Source: Eledone cirrhosa (lineage: Eukaryota). From it: a stretch of 64,000 nucleotides of DNA. Position numbers and translations under genes: made by a program. Under the pieces are notes generated by a model. The model had not been told where the DNA came from. It made no database searches and was given only the letters and a program-made list of their open reading frames with translations. This document shows positions 1 through 10,956 of this stretch, piece after piece. The stretch lies in contig OZ024741.1 of assembly GCA_964016885.1 (NCBI GenBank), positions 93,186,001 to 93,250,000 on the forward strand. The letters run 5' to 3'. Positions within the stretch are counted from its first letter, which is position 1, and each line of letters starts with the position of its first letter.

Positions 1-40
1 TAAATATATATATCTATATATATAAATATATACTGGAATT

Positions 41-1545
41 TCAGAAAGAATGCTGGACCAGAATTACATATAGTAATCTATTCGACATTACTATGGGCTC
101 TAGTGATTCTGCCCAAATTACCGATCTTGTGGGCCTCTTTCTTCTATTTAACATAAATGCTTCTTTTCCCCACCTTAAAGGTGGTTTATATCGTGATGAC
201 TGTCTTCTTTCCACTAACCTTAGCCTATCAGAAATTGAAAAAAATAAAAAACTTATTAGAACTTTCCTCAAAGACTATTATAGTCTCGATACATTTGAAA
301 ACACAGGTAAAGTAGTTAATTTCCTTGATATAACTTTAGACTTATCTACGGGTATCTACCAACCTTACCATAAACCTAACCAAAACTTACATTACATACA
401 CTCACAATCTAATCACCCTAAATCTATCCTTAAAAACCTAACATATAATATCTCACTCAGAATTTCTAACCTTTCATCTAACCAGGATGTATTCAATAAA
501 AATGCGACCTTTTGTAACAAAGCTTTAGCTAGAAGCGGCCACAAAAACAAATTAGTATATATACCTTGTACCAATAACACTACAAACATACAACCCAATA
601 TTACCAACAAACACCAAATGAAATATACACACCTAAATGCCACTCACATTATACCCCAAAATACCAACTTAAAACTTAATTTCTCTAACTCTTCTAATAT
701 ACAATATAATAACTTTCAAAAAACCATTCATCCTAATATTCCAATATATGTTAATAACAAAATTCCTAATAATCAGGCTAAAACACCTAAATCAATGAAT
801 CTAACTAAAAATATGTGTGATAAAATCATTAACAATAATTCTCTTAATAAACATCAGGATACATCGTATAAAAATAATAAACAATATCGAAACCGTAATA
901 GACGAGTTACTTGGCATAATGCTCCATATACCTAAAAAAATTTTTTACTATCCTAGAGAAAAACTTCCCGCCAAACCATAAATACCATCAAATTTTAAAT
1001 AGATCAACGGTCAAATTCTCCTACTCAACAACCAAATATATACAACAAAATATAAGTGCCTATAATGCATATAAATGTAAAAAAACCCATAAATATACCA
1101 CCAATACATCAAACTAACCATAATACTAAAATAAACCACAGCAAACCACCATCTCATTCACATACAACAAGTCGAGAAAATTCCACACCTAATTTGACTA
1201 TCTCCTCTGATACAACATTCACGAAAGGTTGTAACTGTAGAAACAAAGCCAATTGCCCATTAAAAGGAAATTGCCTTATTAATAACATAGTATATAAATG
1301 TAAAATTAACACTAAGGACTCAACTTATTCATATATAGGAGCTACTTCTAACCAATTTAAAGTAACATTTAATACTCACAAACACAGTTTTAAAAATGCC
1401 GCATTAGCTAATACAACATCTTTAGCTGAAATAATTAATAATTATAGAAAGAGGAATATAGATTATAACCTGACCTGGAGTGTGCTCAAAAGGGCCACCC
1501 CTTATTAAAATAATAGATATGAATGTAGATTATGTTCCCAGGAAC
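41..1545 (+). pseudogene. Penelope-like element (Naiad-like), 5'-truncated RT + GIY-YIG endonuclease, disrupted
   Basis: ORF 93..935 has MGSSDSAQITDLVGLFLL, GLYRDD, VNFLDITLDL, YHKPN, SNHP. ORF 1056..1508 has CNC-x5-CPL-x3-C, NIVYKC, YIGAT (GIY-YIG). Stops and frameshifts lie between them. Confidence 0.85.
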
Positions 1546-2640
1546 TATTTTTTTTTTTTTTAAATTAGTTAGCCTATAATTAATATTCTACTACTAATGA
1601 ACTGCATAATTTTATTTCCCTTTTACAGCTACCTTTTCCTAAAATTTATACCAATAAGTATACATATAAACTATTTTAATTTCAGGTTTTGAATCTATAT
1701 TCCTTATAATCTATATAAATTTGTTATTTCTCACTAATACATTCCCCCCCCCCCCCAATTATCATTATTGTTTTTTTATTTTCCCTTCGTTTTTAACAAC
1801 ATTCTTCAATTACATCTAACTCTTATTTATCATATCTATATGAATTAATATAAATTTATCAATATAAATATACCTATCAATTTAATTAATTTATTTTCTT
1901 TTTATAGATGTAAATTCCTTATGTTTTAAATAAGATTGATATTTTTCACTAACACATTTATTGTAAAATTTTATTCTCCTTAGATTTTTACATTAGCATT
2001 CTTTTATAACATCAAATTTTTGTGTACCTTTTACTGACTTGACCTATTTTCATCCCCAAAGTAATCTTTTCATCCAAAATACCCTTTCCATTCAAAACTG
2101 AAGTCTGCTTTCCTCTACCCCTAAATTAAATTTCCATTATTACTATTCTACCGTCTTGACCACTTACCTTTCTATTGGTCAATTCAAAACCTGTTCCCAA
2201 ACAGACCTATTATATTAAATCTTTGTTGGTTTTTTTGAATAAACAAATATCATTATTTCTGAAGACAGCATATATATGTGTGTGTATGTATATTCCCTCT
2301 GATAGTTTGTAAAAATTTTACATAGATCTATATGATATACATACCAACACACACATATATATCCTAGAAACGATCGTAAAATGATGAATTTTTTAATATA
2401 AGGAACTGTTTCTTTGTTTTTATTCATTATTTTTATTAATTTATCTTGACTCTGTTTTCCTGTGTTTTTCATCTAAAAAAATTTTGAATACATCTTCTCT
2501 TTTCATGATATTTGGATTACATTGAGTTCTTCATACGGATTGGACACTAACGTATATTTTGGTAGATTTATCTACATATATATACTATATATATATATAT
2601 AATATATATCATCATTTCATTTTATGGATGTATATATAAT

Positions 2641-2815
2641 TAAAAGCATTTTGAAGACCGTATGCTATTGTTTTAGAGTAGTGACAAATTCAGTTACTTT
2701 AATCTCAGCATATATATATTGCTATTTCAGAGCTCCAATTCTAATTTTTAATTTCTGCCTGACCAACAATCGCTCTGTATAATCAGTTCCTGATTATTTA
2801 CTAGAATTCTATAAG
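2641..2815. repeat. Diverged relative of the HHR-bearing unit at 27882-28307 (probable PLE terminal-repeat remnant)
   Basis: 2709-2815 aligns by eye to 27966-28069 (gctatttcagagc...aatttctgcc.gacc...cagttcctg...attctataag). 2641-2668 resembles the reverse complement of 28204-28232. Confidence 0.6.
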
Positions 2816-2878
2816 AATATAACATCAGTATATATATATTTATAAATTTATATATATATATTTATAAATATAAATATA

Positions 2879-3196
2879 TCATCATTTCATTTTACGTCCA
2901 CTTTTCCCTGCTTACAAGGGTGGGACGGGAACTGATTCTGGCTTGATTTCTACAGCTGGATGCCCTTCCTAACACCAACCTCATTTACAGTGAGTGCTGG
3001 GTGCTTTTTTGCCGTGGCACCTCCACGAATGATAGGGATCCCAGTCCCTATAATCTCATTTCTACAGCTGAGTAAACTGGAGCAACGTGAAATAAAGTGT
3101 CTTGCTCAAGGAAACAACACATCACCCGGTCTGAGAATTGAACTCACAACCTTTCGATTGCAAAGCCAATGCTCTAACCACTAAGCCATGTGCCTC
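2879..3196 (-). mobile_element. tRNA-derived CORE-type SINE with RTE-derived 3' tail
   Basis: Minus strand has A box TGGCTTAGTGG, B box GAGTTCAATTCT, CORE-like CCTTGAGCAAGACACTT and 3' tail GCAGGGAAAAGTGGACGTAAAATGA..(TGA)n. Near-identical copies at 9974 and 50079. Confidence 0.85.
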
Positions 3197-3400
3197 TACA
3201 ATATATTTATAAATATATATATATATTTATAAATATATATATATATTTATATATATATATTTATAAATATAAATATATATTTATAAATATAAATATATAT
3301 TTATATATATATAAATATATATATATATTTATAAATATATATATATATATAAATGTGAATAAAAATGGCGTAGACATACAACACAACAGGAGGAAAATAT

Positions 3401-3464
3401 AACACCACTGACGATGTTGCAGATGTGCAACGAAAGATTTATGATAAACTATATATATGTGTTT
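3401..3464 (+). ncRNA. Possible degenerate type I hammerhead ribozyme
   Basis: CTGACGA (3408) - t - stem II GTTGCA/TGCAAC - GAAA (3432). Stem III is bulged and stem I is interrupted by a TA run. Confidence 0.4.
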
Positions 3465-4254
3465 GTGTCTATATTGTATCTGTATTATTTTTGACCGTCG
3501 GTCAGTCAATGGCAACATTGAGGACCGAGTAAGTTAGATTACCGATACAAAAGACAGCGAGAAGCGAAAACCAACCAAACAGTGAGTGTGTTCTGTTATT
3601 AATTCTGGCAATATTACACAAATATGACCCTCCCCAAGTATAACAATATAAATATATATTTATATATATATAAATATATATTTATATATATATAAATATA
3701 TATTTATATTTATATATAAATATAAATATATATTTATATTTATATATAAATATAAATATATATATATTTATATTTATATATAAATATATATTTATATTTA
3801 TATATAAATATATATATATTTATATATAAATATAAATATATATATATTTATATATATATAAATTTATATTTATATATAAATATATTTATATATATATAAA
3901 TATATATTTATATTGTTATAATTTGTGTAATATAAATATATTACACATATTTGTGTAATATAAATATATATTTATATTTATATATAAATATAAATATATA
4001 TATATTTATTTATATATAAATATAAATATATATTTATATTTATATATAAATATAAATATATATTTATATTTAAATATAAATATATATTTATATATAAATA
4101 TAAATATATATATATTTATATAAATATAAATATATATATATTTATATATATATAAATATATATATATTTATATAGTAATAACAATAAATTTGAAGACTAA
4201 AATCCAAAAAGGGCTCGATAAATATATATCAAATATATAAGAACCGTAGAGCAA

Positions 4255-4495
4255 ATATTTATTAAAATAACAGATTAAAGTTTAAGCAAAGAATCGCTGC
4301 TTTCACCCTTAACGGGATCTTCGGAAACTAACAAAGTCAATCTGTAAACGCAGAACTGGATATTTAAAAAACGTTGCAACCGGAGGAAGACAGGAAGACG
4401 ATACTTTGATTCGTGGAAACGTTCGCTGGCAAAGAACGGGAAAAAGAAAGCAGCGATTCTTTGCTTAAACTTTAATCTGTTATTTTAATAAATAT
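4255..4495. repeat. Small island with ~50-bp inverted repeat (4255-4304 / 4446-4495)
   Basis: atatttattaaaataacagattaaagtttaagcaaagaatcgctgctttc is matched by its reverse complement starting at 4446. Confidence 0.85.
4279..4329 (-). ncRNA. Type I hammerhead-like motif with U4C core variant
   Basis: Minus strand reads AGTTT-CCGAAGA-t-CCC gttaa GGG-t-GAAA-GCA gcgattctt TGC-TT-AAACT, so stems I, II and III are all present. Confidence 0.55.
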
Positions 4496-5230
4496 ATATT
4501 TATATATAAATATATATATATATTTATATAAATATATATATATTTATATATATATATTTATATTTATATATATATAAATATATATATATTTATATTTATA
4601 TTTATATATAAATATAAATATATATATATTTATATATATATATATATTTATATAAGATTATTATTGTTATTATAGTGTTATTGTAACATTTATATTGTTT
4701 GTTCAAATTAACCGGAGATTATCTATTATATAATTATATAGTTTATTATATATTATATGTTTACTTTTAATCATTTCTTCTTCATTTTATACTGTAAATA
4801 ATATATGTATTATATTTTTATTTTTATTCTTATTATTCTTATTATTCTTATTTATATTTAAACTCTTAATAAGGGTTAGTTTGTGATTGTATTGATGGAA
4901 ATGTGTACATAGGTATATATATATATATGTATATTGGGCCTTTTAATATTATTACTATTACTATCATTATCAATTATATTATATTATATTATATTATATT
5001 ATATTATATTATATTATATATAGTACAATAATTCCCGCTCTATATCACCACCTTTGTTTAGCTTTAGTTTTTGCATTGGACTATATTTGTAATATGGTTC
5101 AAAATGTTATTTACTTCCTTAGCAATTTTTACCCGATAATTTTCCCATGCTTTAATGTATGTACACTCCATATTCTTCTGAGTTTTTTGGCTTGTATTAG
5201 CCGATAGTGCTTCTTATAGCTTTAATTGCC

Positions 5231-5256
5231 CTGATGAGTCCTTAATAGGACAAAAC
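5231..5256 (+). ncRNA. Degenerate hammerhead core remnant
   Basis: CTGATGA-GTCC ttaata GGAC-AAAA. G12 of GAAA is mutated and stems I/III are not convincing. Confidence 0.35.
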
Positions 5257-5366
5257 ATTGTTGGTTAATAAAGACTTTTGATGTATTGAAGGCTTCTTTG
5301 GTTTATTTTCATAATATATATTTATATATATATAAATATAAATATATATATATATTTATATATATA

Positions 5367-6626
5367 CTAGCATTAAAGCCCGGCGTTGCTCGGGGTCATT
5401 AAGTTACCAAAGTTAGGTTGCACCACCCATTTTATGGCAGCACTTTTTTGTCTGCCAGGCACTGAGTGAATGAATTGCAGACCTGGAAGCAGGAGCTGCG
5501 CCAGCAGTGACAATTGTAGTTTCGCCTATGGATATTATCTCTGTGCAAAAAAGTGTTGAAATTTATTGTTTCACAGTACTTGCGCAACACGCACGTAGAC
5601 GATGCCAGCTGAACAACAGAGCTGCGATGGAGTTGTTCTGCATGGTTGTCTGTGTGTTTTCTAAATTTAAGACAGTAGGGAGGGTTGTGATATGAGGGAG
5701 AGTTTGCTGTTGTTTCTAGCAGGTTTAGTGACCTCATAGAGGATATGTGTTTTCTAAATTTAAGACAGTAGGGAGTGGTGTGATATGGGGGAGAGTTAGC
5801 TGCTGTTTCTAGCAGGTTTAGTGACCTCATAGAAGATATGTTTTCTAAATTTAAGACAGTAGGGAGGGGTGTGATATGGGGGAGAGTTAGCTGCTGTTTC
5901 TAGCAGGTTTAGTAACCTCATAGAGAATATGTGTTTTCTAAATTTAAGACAGTAGGGAGTGGTGTGATATGGGGGAGAGTTAGCTGCTGTTTCTAGCAGG
6001 TTTAGTGACCTCAGAGGATATTGTTTATCATTATCTATAAAAGGCAGATTGTTGTTGTTGTTGAAGTGAGTGTGTGTTTGTATGCGTTTGGAAAAGAGGT
6101 TTTAAAAAAGATTTATCGCTTGTTGTTGAATAAATGTATCTGTTGCTTTTGAATAATTGTCGTTTCATATGAAATGTAATAATTGTTTCTACTTTTTTGG
6201 CACAAGGCCAGCAAATACCCAGTACATTACTGGTACTTTATGTAATAATAAACGTTCTCTATCTCTCTCACTCTCTTCTCTCTCTCTCTTCGGCAATCAC
6301 GCACGTTGTCAGATGATATGAGAGAGTAAAACGGACAGTATCACCATCAAGCTTGGAAAGAGAAAGTAGCAGAAAGTATGAAGTTGTATAGATTTTGAAT
6401 GGTAGTGGAAAGAGTTTAGCAGTTTAAATGACAGAGGAAAATCGTAAAATATTGAATTTTATCTATTTTTTGCGTAATTGTGGGTGAAATTGAAAAAATT
6501 AGATGTGCCAAGGCGCAATCGACGCTATTTCGAATACTGAATTGTAAATTTCAATTGAAGAAATTCTATATCGTAGATTTCTATAAAAAAGGAGCATGAC
6601 CACACACTGAGCTTTATAGATTATGA
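5367..6626 (-). mobile_element. Non-autonomous Helitron
   Basis: Minus strand starts TC (6626-6625) and ends with hairpin CCCG agcaacgc CGGG, a short spacer and CTAG (5367). It is inserted between A and T within TA repeats and has no credible coding capacity. Confidence 0.8.
5655..6021. repeat. ~91-bp minisatellite, 4 copies, inside the non-autonomous Helitron
   Basis: Unit gttttctaaatttaagacagtagggag...gctgtttctagcaggtttagtgacctcatagaggatat repeated four times. Confidence 0.9.
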
Positions 6627-6744
6627 TATATATAAATATATATATATTTATTTATATATATATTTATATATATATAAATATAAATATATATATATTTATA
6701 TATATATAAATATATAAATATATATATATATATAGAGAGAGAGA

Positions 6745-9700
6745 GAGGGGGCCCTTGAGTCTAGTAAGACATCCTCTCTAGTGCTGGTGGCACAAATAAA
6801 AGCACCCAGTCCATGCGGTAAAGTGGCGCTGGTGTTAGGAAGGGCATCCAACCAGTGTATAAATGCCAAAACGCTTATCAGCACAGCAACAGATAGGAAC
6901 AACAACAAAATATGAAGACGTCGCATCTCAGAGTTGCAACACCTAATGTTGGCACTCTCAGAGGTAGATCTGCTGAAATAGCGGAGATGCTGGAGAGAAG
7001 GCAGGTGGATGTGTGCTGCGTGCAAGAGGTGAGATGGAGAGGTGCCTCTGCGAGACTAGTCGTAGGCAAGCGTCTTAGCTATAAGCTATTCTGGGTAGGT
7101 AAGGATGATGGGCTATGGGGAGTAGGCATTTTCCTGGCTGAGAAATGGATCAATAAGACAATAGAGGTAGTTCGAGTTAGTAATCGAATAATTAAGCTTA
7201 GATTAGTTGTAGGTAGGAGACTACTGACAATCATCTCGGCCTATGCTCCCCAAGCAGGCCTAGGCAAAGATGAGAAAGACTGCTTTTATGAGCAACTTTT
7301 GCAAACAACCGCAATGACAGAGGACGGAGACATTGTTATGCTAGCAGGAGACTTCAATGGTCATGTTGGACAGCTCCAGGATGGTTATACTGGGGTACAT
7401 GGTGGGCACGGTTACGGTTCAAGAAATGAAGGAGTGAGACTTCTTGAATTTTGTGATGTGGGTACATTGACTATTTGCAACACAAACTTCCAGAAACCTG
7501 CCAATCACCTAATAACCTACAAATCTGGTGAGCACATAAGCCAGATTGACTTCCTGCTAGTTAGGCAGCGGGACAGGCAGATAGTGTTTAATACCAAGGC
7601 ATACCCTGGGGAAGAATGTACCCCACAGCATAGGTTAGTTGTTAGTGATATCTCAGTAGGCAAGAGATGGAATGAGACATATAGGAAGGTGTGGAGAAGA
7701 AAGGTCTGGAAGCTAAAAGACCTTTCACTAAAATACAAATTTAGGAAAGCCCTTCAAGATGTATATGACGAAAAAGAAGACGATTTAGAGACGTATGACA
7801 TAGATAATAAATGGAATTTCTTACGTGACAACTTGCTGCAGGCTACTGATGAAACCTGTGGCTGGAGCAGAGCTCCAACCAGACAGAGAGTGACCTGGTG
7901 GTGGAACAGCACAGTAGATAATGCTATTAGAGACAAATGACTAGCATGGAAGGCTTGGAGAAAGGGTGGGAGTAGGGAAGAATATACAGCCACTAAGAGA
8001 GAAGCTAGACGTCAGGTGTACTTAGCACGCAGGGAGGCAGAGAGTAGGAGGTTTGCCAATGTTCTGCGACGAGAAGATCAGAGGCGTGCAGTGTTCCACA
8101 TTGCAAGGCAGTGTGTCAATGCAAATCAGGATGTTGTTGGAGATAAATGTGTCCGGGATTATGCCGGTGTACTTAGTGTCACGAATGATCAGAAAAAGGA
8201 GGCCTGGAAATGTCATTATGAGAGACTGATGAATGTGGAGAACGAATGGGAGAGAGAGAAATTACCCTTGGTGGATCCGACAGAGAGACCAGCTATTGAG
8301 ATTGACAAATATAGGGTCCAAGAGGCGATTAGGGAAATGAAAAATGGTAAGGCTGCCGGACCATCGGGAATAGTTGCTGAGATGCTGAAGGCATCAGGGG
8401 ATGTAGGCACTAAACTGGTTGCACGCATTATCAATCAGGCTATATATGGTGGTGTCATACCCAAAGACTGGTGCAGCAGTATTCTCATAAATTGCTACAA
8501 AGGTAAAGGGGATGCTTTGGAGAGGAGCAATTATAGGGTATAAAACTGATAGATCAGGTTATGAAAGTGGCAGAAAGGATTTTAGCACAACTAATTAGAG
8601 AAAGGGTCAAACTAGATGAGATGCAGTTTGGTTTTGTGCCTGAGAAGAGTACAACAGATGCCCTCTTCTTGGTGAGACAAGTGCAAGAGAGGTTCTTAGA
8701 GAAGAATAAGCCACTATACTTAGCCTTTGTTGACCTAGAGAAGGCCTTTGATAGGGTACCCCGATCTGTCATCTGGTGGTCCCTAAGGAAGCTAGGTGTT
8801 GAGGAATGGCTTGTGAGGACAGTGCAAACTTTATACAGAGGTACTCTCAGTAAAGTCAGGGTAGGAATGGAGTTTAGTGAGGAATTCCAGATACAAGTAG
8901 GAGTACATCAGGGTTCGGTCCTCAGCCCGCTCTTGTTCATTATAGTCCTCCAAGCTATAACAGAGGAGTTTAAGACTGGCTGTCCATGGGAACTTCTCTA
9001 TGCTGACGATCTGGTTCTTATAGCAGAATCAGTAGAGGAGCTAGAGAATAAATTCTAGCTATGGAAACAGCAGTTGGAAGCAAGAGGACTGAGAGTGAAT
9101 CTAGCTAAGACAAAAGTGTTGATGAGGAGGAAAGATGACAAAACTCTGATTCCGTCAGGGAAATGGCCATGTTCGATATGCAGAAAAGGAACTTGCATAA
9201 ATTCTATAAAATGCACACAATGCAGGTCCTGGGTACACAAGAGATGTAGCGGGATAGCAGGCAAACTAACAGGTAGGGAGAAATATGTATGCAGTAGATG
9301 TACAGGGAAATTAGACAGTAGAAGTCGCACTGATAGACACATTTTTCAAATGCAAGAGGGCGCTGTAGAAGTGGTGGATAGCGTCCGGTACCTAGGAGAT
9401 CAGATTAGCATGGGAGGAGGGTGTTCCGAGGCCATAGTATCTGGAAGGAGTTTAGGGAGCTGCTTCCTCTGTTGACGAAGAAGGGTTTCTCCCTGCGTAT
9501 GAAAGACCGGTTGTATGATGCCTGTGTGAGGAGCGCGATGCTGCATGGTAGTGAGACATGGGCAGCAACTGCAGAGGATATGCGACGACTGGAGAGAAAT
9601 GAGGCAAGCATGCTTCGTCGGATGTGCGTGAACGACCCAGCATAAATGTGTTGAGAGAGAAACTGTGTCTGAGAGGGATAGAATGTAGTGTATGGGAGAG

Positions 9701-9965
9701 GAGACTGAGGTGGTATGGACATGTGATGCGCATGGAGGATGACCGATGGGTGAAGAAGTGCCAGGGATTGCCAGTTGAAGGAAGACGTGGTAGAGGTAGA
9801 CCACGAAAAACATGGGCGGAGGTGGTGAGAACAGACCTCAGATCATTGAAGCTCACGGTGGAGATGACGAGGGACCGTGACGAGTGGAGAGATGCTGTGC
9901 TGAATAAGACCCGTCCCACCATTGCAAGCAGGGAAAAGCGGACGTAAAATGATGATGATGATGAT
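6745..9965 (+). mobile_element. RTE-clade LINE, near full length, disrupted (APE + RT + PHD-like finger)
   Basis: APE motifs VCCVQEVRW, AYAPQ, GDFNGHVG, SQIDF. RT motifs FVDLEKAFD, GVHQGSVLSP, LYADD. C-terminal RLRWYGHV..GRPRKTW. (GAT)n tail directly after the stop at 9947. Several stops and frameshifts. Confidence 0.95.
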
Positions 9966-9973
9966 ATATATAA

Positions 9974-10308
9974 ATCATCATTTCATTTTATGTCCACTTT
10001 TCCCTGCTTGCAAGGGTGGGACGGGAACTGATTCTGGCTTGATTTCTACAGCTGGATGCCCTTCCTAACAACAACCTCATTTACAGTGAGTGCTGGGTGC
10101 TTTTTTGCCGTGGCACCTCCACGACCACTCTGCAGTGGAACGAAAGGGACCGCAGTCCCTATCATCTCATTTCTACAGCTGAGTAAACTGGAGCAATGTG
10201 AAATAAAGTGTCTTGCTCAAGGAAACAACTCATCACCCGGTCTGAGAATTGAACTCACAACCTTTCGATTGCAAGGCCAATGCTCTAACCACTAAGCCAT
10301 GTGCCTCC
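9974..10308 (-). mobile_element. tRNA/CORE-type SINE copy
   Basis: Near-identical to 2879-3196, with A/B boxes and the RTE tail. Confidence 0.85.
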
Positions 10309-10364
10309 ATATGTATATATATACATATATTTATAAGAATAGAGGTGTAACACACATGTTATTA

Positions 10365-10950
10365 TATATTGGTAAACGGAATAGAAAATGCTGACAAATT
10401 GTTCACAGTTGAAAAATGGTTTAATTAGGAATAAAAGAGTATTAGTAATTGTATGGGTTAGTATTCAGTTGTGGTTTTAAGTTTTTAAGTTTTTATCGGT
10501 TGCGCATTTCTAAATGCTTTTCAAAAATAATTTTGAGATAGAGTGTCCGTGTTGTTTGCTATGATCTGATTAGTTTTGGGAATTCTACCTGTTTTCATGT
10601 TAACAAAGTGGCTCCAGCGCTACTTTGGTGTTGCAAAAATTCTTGTGGTCAAAACAATTTTGATTGGTCGGTAGAGGTCATGTGAATGTAAAAAATTGAT
10701 TTTGCGCCAAGACTGTTTTTATGTTAAAAAAGTGGCTCCAGCGCTACTTGGTGTTTGCAAAAATTCTTGTGGTCAAAACAAATTATTTTTGAAAAGCATT
10801 TAGAAATGTGCAACCGGTAAAAACTTAGAAACTTAAAACCACAACTGAATACTAAACCATACTATTACTAATACTCTTTTATTCCTAATTAAACCATTTT
10901 TCAACTGTGAACAATTTGTCAGCATTTTCTATTCCATTTACCAACATATA
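10365..10950. mobile_element. Non-coding element with ~170-bp terminal inverted repeats (MITE/foldback-like or inverted PLE end)
   Basis: 10365-10533 is the imperfect reverse complement of 10780-10950. An internal ~60-bp direct repeat lies at 10597-10658 and 10721-10781. Confidence 0.7.
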
Positions 10951-10956
10951 TTTATC

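Noticed and set aside
3120-3196. tRNA gene
   Set aside because: The A/B boxes belong to a SINE head repeated three times, and there is no complete cloverleaf.
5655-6021. CRISPR-like array (also considered for 14610-16129 and 57865-57935)
   Set aside because: The repeats are contiguous with no unique spacers, there are no cas genes, and the context is eukaryotic.
10391-10425. Hammerhead-like CTGACAA...GAAA in the inverted-repeat arm
   Set aside because: C3 is not matched by G8, and stems I and III cannot be formed.
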